From contig CBDBDR010000017.1 in the NCBI GenBank assembly GCA_965203965.1, forward strand, positions 128,001 to 192,000: 64,000 nucleotides of DNA, read 5' to 3'. Made by a program: the position numbers and the translations under genes. Below the pieces are notes generated by a model. The model saw only the letters and a list, made by a program, of their open reading frames with translations. It was not told the DNA's origin and ran no database searches. Position 1 is the first letter of the stretch. The number at the start of each line of letters is the position of its first letter. This stretch comes from Thermodesulfobacteriota bacterium. GTDB lineage: Bacteria; Desulfobacterota_D; UBA1144; Nemesobacterales; JAJCZQ01. This document shows, piece by piece, positions 22,871 to 32,843 of this stretch.

Positions 22871-24505
22871 ATAGAGAACATATACGGAAAAACATCCGGA
22901 TTAACAAACTCTCAGCTTAAAAACATCTCAAGGCTTTATAGGCGTAGAGTTCAGCCAGACAAGCTTATAAGCATCGAGCTTATAAAAACTCTCACGCAAA
23001 CTTCATACGAAATTGGCAAAAAAATTTCTTTACTGATCAACAGGAGAGGCAAGGTTCGCGTCGTTTTTCTCGGTGATATACATGAAGTTGAATATGAAAA
23101 ACTTTTAGGAAGATTTCGTGAAGCCAAATTCAGGTTGAGAGGTTTCAAAGCGATACATTCTCATTTAAACGACTTCAGATTGTCTAAAAATGATCTGACC
23201 ACTCTAATAAATGAAAGGCTTGATATGGTAGGTGTTGTTGAAGTAAAAGAGAATGGGAATACAGGGAAGTTGCAATTTGCACATATTGTTCCACCAAACG
23301 GCAATTCAGATGAAAAGTGGAAGATATATTCATTTAATGACGTAGGAAGGGTTGAAATTGAATGGAACCATCTTCTGGATGAAATTCAGCAGAAGTTAGA
23401 AAGATCATATAAAGAGTCGGGCGGCGATCTTAATAATGAAGGTGTTTTACTGGTTGGCTTTAATACTCAGAGTAGAAAAGAGGCTGAACAATCGGTTAAG
23501 GAGCTTAGATCACTTTCCCATTCAAGTGGAAAAAAAGTGCTTGGCTCTGCTATACAGGTGAGAAGAACTATTGATCCGAGATACCTGATCGGTAGAGGAA
23601 AATTGAAAGAAGTTATTCTCCAAGCTGAATATATTGGTGCTGGTACTATCATTTTTGACGTTGAGCTAACACCTGCACAGATCAATTCAATCACAGAGGA
23701 AACCACTCTGAATATAATAGACAGAACTCAGTTGATATTGGAGATTTTTCAAAAGCATGCAATGTCAAGTGAGGGTAAGATCCAAGTCAGACTTGCCGAC
23801 CTGAAATATAATCTGCCAAGATTAAGAGGTAGAGGAATTGAGCTTTCTCAGCTTGGAGGAGGTATTGGCACAAGGGGCCCTGGTGAAACCAAATTGGAAT
23901 ATCAGAGAAGAGCTGTAAGGAAGCAGATTGAAAAACTCGAAAAACAAATAGATAAGATCAGTTTCAGAAGAAGAGGCACGCGTGAACGAAGGAGTGCAAC
24001 AGGTATCCACTCGGTTTCGTTGGTCGGATATACCAACGTGGGTAAATCTACGCTTTTTAATACTCTTACAAATGATAACGTTAAGGTTCAAAACAAGCTT
24101 TTTTCAACCCTTGGTACAACCACCCGTAAAATCAAGTTACCTTCAGGCTTGAACGTCCTACTCACCGATACTGTTGGGTTTATCAGTGGTTTACCTGAGG
24201 AACTCATTAATGCTTTCAGGGCAACGCTTGAGGAAATTGGTGAAGCCGATCTACTACTTCATATTAATGATGCAGGTGACCCCATGGTCGAAGAAAAAAT
24301 AGATTCTGTTGAAAGTATATTAAGCTCTATGGATTTCGGGGATATTCCCAAGTTGATGGTTTTTAATAAAAGGGATAAAGCTGAGGAGGAAACCGTCCGA
24401 TTTTTGGAAAGGGCTTATGAAACGACCGTAATTTCTGCTTTAAACAAAACTAATATAAGGGATTTGTTGGAATTGATTGATAGGGAAATAAAGCAAAACA
24501 GTTAA
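22871..24505 (+). CDS. hflX: GTPase HflX, long form; probable ATA start
   Basis: G1 GYTNVGKS, G3 DTVG, G4 NKRD, GTRGPGETKLE; frame is open 88 codons upstream of the ORF-track TTG, back to ATA 22871, preceded by GAGGT and an in-frame TAA. Confidence 0.92.
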   Translation: MENIYGKTSGLTNSQLKNISRLYRRRVQPDKLISIELIKTLTQTSYEIGKKISLLINRRGKVRVVFLGDIHEVEYEKLLGRFREAKFRLRGFKAIHSHLNDFRLSKNDLTTLINERLDMVGVVEVKENGNTGKLQFAHIVPPNGNSDEKWKIYSFNDVGRVEIEWNHLLDEIQQKLERSYKESGGDLNNEGVLLVGFNTQSRKEAEQSVKELRSLSHSSGKKVLGSAIQVRRTIDPRYLIGRGKLKEVILQAEYIGAGTIIFDVELTPAQINSITEETTLNIIDRTQLILEIFQKHAMSSEGKIQVRLADLKYNLPRLRGRGIELSQLGGGIGTRGPGETKLEYQRRAVRKQIEKLEKQIDKISFRRRGTRERRSATGIHSVSLVGYTNVGKSTLFNTLTNDNVKVQNKLFSTLGTTTRKIKLPSGLNVLLTDTVGFISGLPEELINAFRATLEEIGEADLLLHINDAGDPMVEEKIDSVESILSSMDFGDIPKLMVFNKRDKAEEETVRFLERAYETTVISALNKTNIRDLLELIDREIKQNS

Positions 24506-24716
24506 ATGTGCCACGAACTGCAAACAACCTTGATAAATCACATCCTATTTGCAACACCAGCACTTTCTGTCACTATCAGCAGAAGAGGGTGATAACACGA
24601 TGGATAACATAATGCCACACAAAAATTAAGGTACTAAATGCTCTGTAAATCTGCAACGTAGTAAAAACTCTTCGTTAATTTAGAGTAAACATTAGTGATT
24701 ATTTTTCAAATAAGAA

Positions 24717-24742
24717 AAGAGGGAACAATAATGTTCCCTCTT
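24717..24742 (-). terminator. Rho-independent terminator of the nitroreductase/small-protein operon
   Basis: Perfect 11-bp stem AAGAGGGAACA-N4-TGTTCCCTCTT followed by a T-rich tract on the minus strand. Confidence 0.8.
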
Positions 24743-24769
24743 ATAAAAGAATTAGATCTGGAACCCTAA

Positions 24770-24961
24770 CTACCAAGGCTTAGACGCATCATCTTGCCCT
24801 TTCAGATTCTTGATCCACTTGGAATCATCATAACTTGAAACACCAAAGGTAAGCGCCAAGTTAGCTATGATAACACCAATCTCATTGTTACCCGTTTGCT
24901 CGGCTCTCTTTTTTATCTTGTTATGAATCGGATCTGGAATATTTATTGTTATCTCTGCCAT
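24770..24961 (-). CDS. Small protein with ribbon-helix-helix-like N-terminus
   Basis: 63 aa, strong AGGAGGT RBS; EITINIPD strand then PIHNKIKKRAEQTG helix. Confidence 0.7.
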   Translation of the reverse strand: MAEITINIPDPIHNKIKKRAEQTGNNEIGVIIANLALTFGVSSYDDSKWIKNLKGQDDASKPW

Positions 24962-24997
24962 TGTTGAGATACCTCCTGTATTAGTTATTGATTAAAA

Positions 24998-26008
24998 TTA
25001 TTCAGCTTCTCCAATACCTTTTTTCTCTCTATACTCCTGAATTACCTCTCTTTTTACAGTGGGAGTTAGAGAAAAGTTTGACTCAGATGTAGCTCCTTCG
25101 GCGGACGCTTTAACTTCCTCGGGTGAAAGAGGAGTAAATTTCCTGTCTCCTGCAACTGCTCCTAACTGAGATTCCTCAAGTTTCCAGTCCGTTAGCCATT
25201 CATCTCCGAGACCGAAACGTTTGGTAAGTTTGTTGATTTCTTCAAGTCTGCCAGGAAGCGGGCCTGCTGGTTGCAACAAATTTAGATCCGTCAGAAGATT
25301 TACGACCCCGGGGTCCCTTGGGAAGGCATTGCCAATTTTTTTCTCAAAAAACATTGTATCAAACGGCGGACGACATCTTGCACCGCCACCATCCATCTTC
25401 TCTGCGGGGTAACCCACGGTCATTAACCAACTGAACACGTATGTATCGGGAAGTTCAAATTTTGCCTTTGTGTTTCTCCTTGCTCCACCGCTCGCACCAT
25501 TAAGACAGGTTCCAAGACCCAGTGCTGTTGCAGCTAATATAGCGTTTTGGATTGCGTTCCCTAGATCAATTGCAGCAAGGCGGTGCAATATAGCATCGGG
25601 TAGTAGACCCGGCAGAGGGAAAAGGTTTGAAACCCTGTCGTATTCCCAACCATGTGCCTTGTCTAATGCCCCTGTTCTCATTAAGTCATGGATTGACTGC
25701 CCTTGTGTGTCGTAGTTAGCCATGTCGTAACACCAGAAAACAAGTACGGGTGCCATCTGGGTAGTTATCTGACTCCAGTCTGAAATGAATTCCCATATTT
25801 CAGGGTCTTCATCTCTGTAAACAACAATCGCTCTTTGACCATTGAAGTTACCTGCTGACGGTGCAAGTCTGGCGGCTTCCAACATTGCTTGGATTTTCCA
25901 TTTTTCCACTTGCTGGTCAGGTTCATACCATCTGATGGATCTCCTGGTTCCAATGGCACTGAAAGTGTCCATTACGTCAACTTCGTTGGCTGAAGGTATA
26001 TTGCTCAT
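24998..26008 (-). CDS. Nitroreductase-family flavoprotein with long C-terminal extension
   Basis: AIGTRRSIRWY, MLEAARLAPSAGN, DLGNAIQNAILAATALGLGTC, VGYPAE; AAGGAGG RBS. Confidence 0.88.
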   Translation of the reverse strand: MSNIPSANEVDVMDTFSAIGTRRSIRWYEPDQQVEKWKIQAMLEAARLAPSAGNFNGQRAIVVYRDEDPEIWEFISDWSQITTQMAPVLVFWCYDMANYDTQGQSIHDLMRTGALDKAHGWEYDRVSNLFPLPGLLPDAILHRLAAIDLGNAIQNAILAATALGLGTCLNGASGGARRNTKAKFELPDTYVFSWLMTVGYPAEKMDGGGARCRPPFDTMFFEKKIGNAFPRDPGVVNLLTDLNLLQPAGPLPGRLEEINKLTKRFGLGDEWLTDWKLEESQLGAVAGDRKFTPLSPEEVKASAEGATSESNFSLTPTVKREVIQEYREKKGIGEAE

Positions 26009-26197
26009 TAGTGTTTCCTCCTTATATTTTTTTCGTTTTTAATTTACACTTATAATACTGATCACAACCTTTTAGAGATGATATTATTTTAGAGTGTGTT
26101 TGTCAAGAAACAGATAAAATCTAATCAGGTCTCATTTACAAAGCATGTTAATTAATTTACAATTAAAACTACTTTTCAACCGAAAGGAGGCGCTATT

Positions 26198-27358
26198 ATG
26201 AGTAACCTGAGAGATGTTTATATCATCGGGGTGGGAAATACGGATTGTGGTAGATTTCCGGATAAGCCAGCCCACATACTTGCGAGAGAGGCAGCATGGG
26301 CGGCAATTAAAGATGCTGAGATACACCCTCGTAAAATAGAAATTGCTTTTTGCGGACACGTTTATCAAGGTATGGGAGTAGGGCAGAGGGCGCTCAAAGA
26401 GATAGGACTTGTAGGACAACCAACTATCAATGTTGAGGGAGCATGTGGAAGCGGAACGCTTTCATTCTGGGAAGCATGGAGAACCGTAGCTTATGGACAA
26501 TATGATGTAGCGCTTGCCTTGGGTGTTGAAAATCTGAGCAGGGTCTTATCGGGGGGGCCTCTACCACTTGAGGAAGATGATCTTGAAGTTTCACTGGGTA
26601 TGGGAATGCCGGGGCTTTATGCAATAAGGGCAAAGAGGTATATGCATGAATATGGAGTTACAATGGAGCAGCTTGCAAAAGTGGTTGTTAAAAGCAGATA
26701 CCACGCTTCTTTAAATCCAAATGCACAGTATAGAAAAACCACTACTATTGAAGAAGTGCTCAATGCACCCATGATAGCCGACCCGCTCACGCGTAATATG
26801 TGCTGTCCCGTTGGTGATGCTGCTGCCGCAGCCGTGCTTGTTCCTGAAGAACTCGTAAAGGAATATGCCAAAAAGATGCCAATTAAAGTGCTTGGATGTA
26901 TTGCACAGTCGGGTAAATACAGCAGTTCCACGGGTCTTACCTGTGACCCGTCTGAAAATGTTGTCAGGACGTCAAAATTGGCTTATGAAATGGCAGGATT
27001 GGGTCCTGAGGACATGGATCTGGCTGAAATACATGATGCCTTTTCCATTGCCGAGATGATGGTTGTTGAGGCACTTGGATTTTGTAAAAAAGGTGAAGGT
27101 GCCGTATTGATTGACGAGGAAAGCACGTGGCTTGGAGGTAGTAAGGTCGCAGTTAATCCGAGTGGTGGTTTATTGTCCCGTGGACATCCCGTTGGTGCAA
27201 CTGGTCTTTTGCAAACCGCAGAACTTGTTTATCATCTGAGAGGTGAAGCGGGAGAGCGTCAGGTGCCAGATGCCAAGATAGGAATTATTGAAACTATGGG
27301 AGGTGCTCAACCTGCGATGGATGGGATTACCTGCGTTGTGAGCATATTGGGGAAGTAG
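26198..27358 (+). CDS. SCP2/SCP-x-type thiolase family protein
   Basis: NVEGACGSG, EIHDAF, NPSGGLLSRGHPVGATG; AAGGAGG RBS. Confidence 0.9.
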   Translation: MSNLRDVYIIGVGNTDCGRFPDKPAHILAREAAWAAIKDAEIHPRKIEIAFCGHVYQGMGVGQRALKEIGLVGQPTINVEGACGSGTLSFWEAWRTVAYGQYDVALALGVENLSRVLSGGPLPLEEDDLEVSLGMGMPGLYAIRAKRYMHEYGVTMEQLAKVVVKSRYHASLNPNAQYRKTTTIEEVLNAPMIADPLTRNMCCPVGDAAAAAVLVPEELVKEYAKKMPIKVLGCIAQSGKYSSSTGLTCDPSENVVRTSKLAYEMAGLGPEDMDLAEIHDAFSIAEMMVVEALGFCKKGEGAVLIDEESTWLGGSKVAVNPSGGLLSRGHPVGATGLLQTAELVYHLRGEAGERQVPDAKIGIIETMGGAQPAMDGITCVVSILGK

Positions 27359-27558
27359 GTTTTAAAGGTAAGTGAACAGAGATGTATCTCTCCGATACGG
27401 AGATGATAAAACTTCTCAAGGCGTGCGCAATAAAGCACGAGAATCTTGACGGGGTGGGTTGACCGACTTTATTGGCTGTATGATTATTTGATTGTCAGCG
27501 ACTTTATAAATGTAACTATGTCTCACTTAAAATATTGGAAATTTTCTGCTCGTAGATT

Positions 27559-30345
27559 TTAATCAAGCAATTGCCCACTAAACGATTTTTCAAAATTATT
27601 TTCTGTCTTTTTATTAAACAAAGGCAAACCTATCAATTTGTACTCTTTGTTTTCATCTTTCAATAAAGTGCTATTGCCGTACTTATAGGTAATTTGTTGC
27701 AAAAAATCTTCTTTCCAGCTCTCTTTGCTCTCTTTAAATCTGCCTTCTTTATCCGCGAATTGTCCGCCTTTCGGCTCAATAAAAATCTGATAATATAGAT
27801 TTCTTTTTTCCCCTTGCAAAAATAATAAAAAGTCCGGCCCAAATCCTCGTCCTTTTTCAAAATCGTAGATTTTGTAAACTTCTTCATTTCTCAACAAATA
27901 AACCTCGTTAAATTTTTCTTCCAAATTTCCGATTTTATTTTTCACAAATTCCAATAATTCTCTTTCTTCGCTTGTTCCATTGAACCCATTAAGCACATAC
28001 CAGCTATGTCGCAATAATTCCTCTTCAAGATTTCTACTTTCTTCGTCAATAATTACGCTTTTTTCTTTTTCTTCTCCAAATAAGTCATCAAATGAAAAAG
28101 ACTTAAATTTTTCTGTTCCTTTGTGCGGATTAGTAATTTCTCGTAATTTTTGCGTAAATTCTTCAAAAAAATTCAACAGTAGATCCAACTTTTCTTCGTT
28201 GGCGATGTCATTCAAATCATTTTTATCTTTAGTAGTAATTATGTTGATTTTGAAATTGCCAATAAACTCTTCCATAAAAATATCATCAACGCTGTTTATA
28301 TTTAATTCGTTTTGCAAATTATCAAAACGCAAAAGCGATAAATCCTTCTTAGCTTTTTTATTAATTGCCTTTGCTACAATATGTTTTTCAAAATCAGCAA
28401 GTTTTTTATTTATCGTTTTGCGGTCTATCCTCAAACTCTCGGCAAGAATTTCATCTGTATTTTTGTCTAAAACAACCTGTTGCTCTTTTAGTGTAAATTC
28501 CCTCGTTTTATATTCAAAAAGAAACTCTTTTTCCAGTTCAGATAACGTTTTTTTTCTTTTTTCTGGATTGCTCACTCTCTCATTTTTCCAAACTTTTATT
28601 TCCTTAAAAAATTCGCTTTGCTTAAAATCTTCTTTCAGAGCGAATTTTTTAATCACACGATTGTCTTTTATAAATCCTTTATTTTTAAGTTCTCGTTTTA
28701 ATTCATCAAGGTAACGAACATCATCATCGCTGTGGTAATAGAATTCTTCTAAAACACGGAGAGGATTTTCTAAATCATTATCAAACTTTCTTTTATTTCT
28801 TTCGTGTTGGTTATAGTCAAACGGGAAATAACGCACGCCTCGTCCGATAAGTTGTATTTCTTGCACAGTTGCCTGCCCGGCTACTCTGCGTCCGTTCTGG
28901 CGCCCTTCATCACGACCCTCGTAAAGCCGGACGATATCAAAGAGATTAAGCACATCCCAGCCTTCAGTTAGACGGTTTACTGTAAAAACTGCTCGAATAT
29001 GATTGTTTTTATCCTCTAAGCTATTAAGTAATTGTTCCTGCTCGTCTGTCGTCTTTTCTTTGGTTGTTGCTTTATTATCTTCTGAGTTAGTGATTATGCA
29101 ATTCTTCTCTGCGAATTCGTCTTTAAGATAATTAACAATATCTCTGATATTTGTTCTCTCCTCTCTAATAAATGCAAGCATTTGTCTAACTCTACTTTTG
29201 CCTTGCTCATACGAACTAAAAGAACTTGCCTGATCTTCTTTAATGCTATTTTCAACATTTCTCAAAAAGTTAAAATTTTTTGGTCTTAAATCGGTAATCA
29301 ACGAAATAAAATTTGAATAATCGTTTTTTGATTCTTCAATAAATTTGCTTCTAAACAATATCACTGGCTTGAAATTGGCAACGTTATTTTTTAGAGCAAT
29401 TTGATGACGATACCAGTTGAAGAGCATAACTAATAAAATCTTTTCTCTCTTTCTTAGTGAAGTGGAAACAAGATTTATTTCTTTGGTGTATCCAGCGTTT
29501 AGAAAATCAACAAGTTCAAATTTATAAATAGTCTTCGTGCGATATTTTTCTATAACATCAGCATTTTTGGGTATGGTTGCAGTAAACTCCAATAAAACAT
29601 TCCTATTTTCTTTTTCTTGTTTAATTTTGCCTTTCCCTAAAATTTTATTTATTACTGTATTTTCCCAACTTTTTTCAACATCTTTTTCACTAGCATTTTC
29701 TTGCAACTTCATTGGCAAATTCATTTCCACTTGTCCGCTTCTCATTGTAGAAGCGTTGAGGTGATGGGCTTCATCGCCAATCATCACTAAATCTCTTTTT
29801 TGCAACTCCCCCAGAGTAACAGAATTTTCTTTTGCTACATAAACTGCATTATGAAGTTTATGGATTGAGGTAAATTTAATTTGAATATCGTCGGTATCGT
29901 CAAAGGTTTCCACTTTGCGGATATTGATAGTTTTGTCATCAATAACAATGTTCTGTCTAAATTCGTATTTTGTATGGTGTTTATTGATAAAATTATTTTC
30001 CGTTTTATCAACTATATTGTTTTGATTTACAAAAAATATAAAATGCCGATAACCTTTTTTGTAATATTGTAAAATAAGAGCCGCCATCAGCATTGTTTTG
30101 CCGGTACCGGTTGCCATATTAAACATTAAATGAGTTGGTTCGTTTTTGTCTTCTACAAATTTATCTTTTCGCTTTTCAAAAACATCAAAATACTGCATTG
30201 CGTCTTTTTGCCAATACCAAAAATCATGTTTCAAATTGCTCGTAATATAATCCGGTGCGATGTATTCTTCATCAGCTATATCAAGATAAATTTTGATTTT
30301 ATGAAACAGACTGTTGTCCGCAAATAATGGATTTTGATCAGGCAT
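27559..30345 (-). CDS. res: Type III restriction endonuclease Res subunit
   Basis: MATGTGKT, DEAHH, EFTAT, LTEGWD, QLIGRGVR helicase motifs; C-terminal PDF...IEPKG PD-(D/E)xK nuclease. Confidence 0.93.
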   Translation of the reverse strand: MPDQNPLFADNSLFHKIKIYLDIADEEYIAPDYITSNLKHDFWYWQKDAMQYFDVFEKRKDKFVEDKNEPTHLMFNMATGTGKTMLMAALILQYYKKGYRHFIFFVNQNNIVDKTENNFINKHHTKYEFRQNIVIDDKTINIRKVETFDDTDDIQIKFTSIHKLHNAVYVAKENSVTLGELQKRDLVMIGDEAHHLNASTMRSGQVEMNLPMKLQENASEKDVEKSWENTVINKILGKGKIKQEKENRNVLLEFTATIPKNADVIEKYRTKTIYKFELVDFLNAGYTKEINLVSTSLRKREKILLVMLFNWYRHQIALKNNVANFKPVILFRSKFIEESKNDYSNFISLITDLRPKNFNFLRNVENSIKEDQASSFSSYEQGKSRVRQMLAFIREERTNIRDIVNYLKDEFAEKNCIITNSEDNKATTKEKTTDEQEQLLNSLEDKNNHIRAVFTVNRLTEGWDVLNLFDIVRLYEGRDEGRQNGRRVAGQATVQEIQLIGRGVRYFPFDYNQHERNKRKFDNDLENPLRVLEEFYYHSDDDVRYLDELKRELKNKGFIKDNRVIKKFALKEDFKQSEFFKEIKVWKNERVSNPEKRKKTLSELEKEFLFEYKTREFTLKEQQVVLDKNTDEILAESLRIDRKTINKKLADFEKHIVAKAINKKAKKDLSLLRFDNLQNELNINSVDDIFMEEFIGNFKINIITTKDKNDLNDIANEEKLDLLLNFFEEFTQKLREITNPHKGTEKFKSFSFDDLFGEEKEKSVIIDEESRNLEEELLRHSWYVLNGFNGTSEERELLEFVKNKIGNLEEKFNEVYLLRNEEVYKIYDFEKGRGFGPDFLLFLQGEKRNLYYQIFIEPKGGQFADKEGRFKESKESWKEDFLQQITYKYGNSTLLKDENKEYKLIGLPLFNKKTENNFEKSFSGQLLD

Positions 30346-30347
30346 AG

Positions 30348-32354
30348 TTATTTTTTGATGTTATAAAATTTCTCACTCAAAGCAATATCATCTTTGGAAA
30401 GATTATATTTTGTATCTGCCCGTTCACTGAAATTGACATACATTTGATTCATATCCAACATTTCTACAAACAGTTTTTTCTGTTCGTCCAAATTTAAATT
30501 TTTAAACCCTTCTTCTTTGAGTATTTTTTCTTTAAACTCCTTTGTTTTAACATTGTAATTTAGAAAATATCGCTCATAGAGTTCATCGAAAAGTTTTTCC
30601 AATTCCTTCAAGTTTTTTGCTTTTAATATATTTTCTTTTGCTTTTTCATTCCATTTTACAAGTTCACAGTAAATGAAATTGCCACTGCCTTGCCAGTCTA
30701 CAGATTTAGAAATACCGGTTTGATCTCCATTAATAACATTTCTTAATCTTGTCTCGGGATTACTTTCACCATAATCAAGTTGTTCTATCCCAATGTACTG
30801 CCTGCCTGTTTTGTGAGCGATAGCTAAAGTTGTTCCACTACCAGCGTGGTAATCAAGAACAATATCATTTTTATCTGTAATTAAATCAACAATAGTTTTT
30901 AATAGATACTCTGGTTTTTTCCCATTTTCAAGAGTTACTCCGCCTTCTGGACCAATACCAAGAAACGAAATATCTGTCCACAAGTTAGTTAAAATTTCAG
31001 CCGGAACGTATTCCCCATCAATCTTTTTAAACTTTGAACCAAAAAAAGCTAGTGTCCTGCCATTGAAACAATACACAGGTTCTGAGTTTTCCCTTTCTGC
31101 AAGGAAAACTTTATCTCTATTATTTTTAGATTGATTTATAACTTTTTGAATTTTTTTTGAAGGCTTTTGCAGAGTATTTAAACTAACTACTCTCTCTCTG
31201 TTTTCAAATGCAAATTTTTCCATTTCTTCAAATCTTTTCTTTTTCCAGTTGCTGCCAATTTTCTTTTTATACTCAATATAATTTTTACAGCCATGTTCTT
31301 TGTGAATTAAATCGGCTAACTTTGTTAATTGCCAATCTTTCAGTTCTTTTTCATAATTACTTATAAAATGAGAATAATCTTCAGAGTATCCAGTTTCGCG
31401 ATAAATTTGATTTGGTTTGAAATTTGTAGATTTAGAATAAGCAAGAACATATTCGGTTACATTAACAGGGCAATCATTTATCGAACGATAACTGGCGGTT
31501 GTACCTGCTTTAAGCGTGATAATAGGTAATTTGTTTTCTCTGCCAAAAATATCATCTAAAAGAATTGAAACATAGCCTAACTCAATGTGATTTATTGAAA
31601 CAAAAATGACACCGTTTTTATCTAATAAAGTTTTAGCAATCTCCAATCTGTTCTTCATAAAGGTGAGCCATGAAGAATGGTTAAATCTATCATTATAAGC
31701 AAAACTATCTGTTTCCGTATTGTATGGTGGATCAATATAAATCAGCTTTATTTTTCCTGTAAATTGCTCTTTGAGAGAATGCAAAGCTAGTAAGTTATTT
31801 CCTTTGATAACCAGATTTTCTTTTATTGTTCCGTCTTTATCTCTCTTAATTTCCTTTACTTTTTCTTTGCCTTTAGCACTATATCTCTTCCAGTTTTCAA
31901 AAACTTTCGGATCTTCAAGACGGTCAATTTCATCTTTTGCTAAAACTTCGTTAAAAAATATCTCGTTTCGTTTTTGGTCTTCTTTGGTCATTCCGCCTTC
32001 CAGCACGCAATCCTTAAAAGGCCAATCCAAAACAACTTCGTTTCTCTCACTTAACAATTTATTGCCAACCCGTAAGCCGATTTTGTTTTGATATTGTGTA
32101 TATGAATTATCAAGTTTGTTTTCATCAATAAAAAATTTCAGTTCATTATGCTTTAACACAAAAACATTATTTACTTTTATAAAAAACTTTTCTTTTGTTT
32201 GCTCGTCGCTGAGCAAAAGATTGATTAGGTTTTCGTCCAACCAATCAATCAAATCTTTCAAAAGAGTTTCGTTAAACTCATTTGTTTCTTGATCCCACAA
32301 ACGGGAATCTTTTTTGAGCAATTTATACAAATTGTTCTTAAATGTGCTTGTCAT
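30348..32354 (-). CDS. mod: Type III RM methyltransferase Mod (amino-methyltransferase, probably m6A)
   Basis: KLIYIDPPYNT, KKPEYLL, DYHAGSGTT; directly upstream of res. Confidence 0.94.
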   Translation of the reverse strand: MTSTFKNNLYKLLKKDSRLWDQETNEFNETLLKDLIDWLDENLINLLLSDEQTKEKFFIKVNNVFVLKHNELKFFIDENKLDNSYTQYQNKIGLRVGNKLLSERNEVVLDWPFKDCVLEGGMTKEDQKRNEIFFNEVLAKDEIDRLEDPKVFENWKRYSAKGKEKVKEIKRDKDGTIKENLVIKGNNLLALHSLKEQFTGKIKLIYIDPPYNTETDSFAYNDRFNHSSWLTFMKNRLEIAKTLLDKNGVIFVSINHIELGYVSILLDDIFGRENKLPIITLKAGTTASYRSINDCPVNVTEYVLAYSKSTNFKPNQIYRETGYSEDYSHFISNYEKELKDWQLTKLADLIHKEHGCKNYIEYKKKIGSNWKKKRFEEMEKFAFENRERVVSLNTLQKPSKKIQKVINQSKNNRDKVFLAERENSEPVYCFNGRTLAFFGSKFKKIDGEYVPAEILTNLWTDISFLGIGPEGGVTLENGKKPEYLLKTIVDLITDKNDIVLDYHAGSGTTLAIAHKTGRQYIGIEQLDYGESNPETRLRNVINGDQTGISKSVDWQGSGNFIYCELVKWNEKAKENILKAKNLKELEKLFDELYERYFLNYNVKTKEFKEKILKEEGFKNLNLDEQKKLFVEMLDMNQMYVNFSERADTKYNLSKDDIALSEKFYNIKK

Positions 32355-32499
32355 AATAAAATCTTATTTAGTAAATTATCAACGCCAACCTCAAGAGCTT
32401 TGGTGATTTTGGAAATGGTATCAATTGTCAGATTTTTGTTCTCCCCGTTTTCTATCTTATTTCGGCGCGGATCTTTTTTAAATTATTCGCTATGCTCAT
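32351..32499 (-). pseudogene. XRE-family HTH (RM controller-like) gene with internal frameshifting deletion
   Basis: MSIANNLKKIRAE joined out of frame to KIENGENKNLTIDTISKITKALEVGVDNLLNKILL*; central HTH helices missing; its TGA overlaps the mod ATG. Confidence 0.8.
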
Positions 32500-32532
32500 A
32501 GTTATAATTATATAATTTAACGTATAGATTAT

Positions 32533-32558
32533 AATATAAAGTATGAAAACTTTATATT
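32533..32558. promoter_or_regulatory. Palindromic operator candidate upstream of the XRE remnant
   Basis: Perfect inverted repeat AATATAAAGT-N6-ACTTTATATT, 33 nt upstream of the XRE ATG. Confidence 0.55.
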
Positions 32559-32677
32559 TTACTAATAACGGATTTCTTGAATTTTGCAAAGTCAACATAG
32601 ACCCCGAGGTGCGGTGGATTCGTGGTTTGCGCTCCGCGATTGTTGCTCGAAAAAGGTTAGAGCAAAAGATATAATCT

Positions 32678-32768
<91 letters not shown>

Positions 32769-32843
32769 GTAAACTATTTTGAAAGGACGGCACTTTAAAC
32801 ATAAAACGAACGGAATTAAAGAGTCATGACGTGTTTGTTTCTA

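Noticed and set aside
24506..24700. Possible eroded gene on the minus strand (FLCGIMLSIVLSPSSADSDRKCWCCK)
   Set aside because: Signal-peptide-like but short, broken by stops, with no clear start or recognisable family.
27359..27558. attL/attR copy of the tRNA-Ser 3' end bounding the RM islet
   Set aside because: Only 6-7 nt matches (CTCTCCG/CGGAGA) inside a small hairpin, which is expected by chance.
30348..32354. Phase-variable mod (phasevarion)
   Set aside because: No simple-sequence repeat tract; the A8 run at 31151-31158 is in frame and ordinary for this AT-rich DNA.
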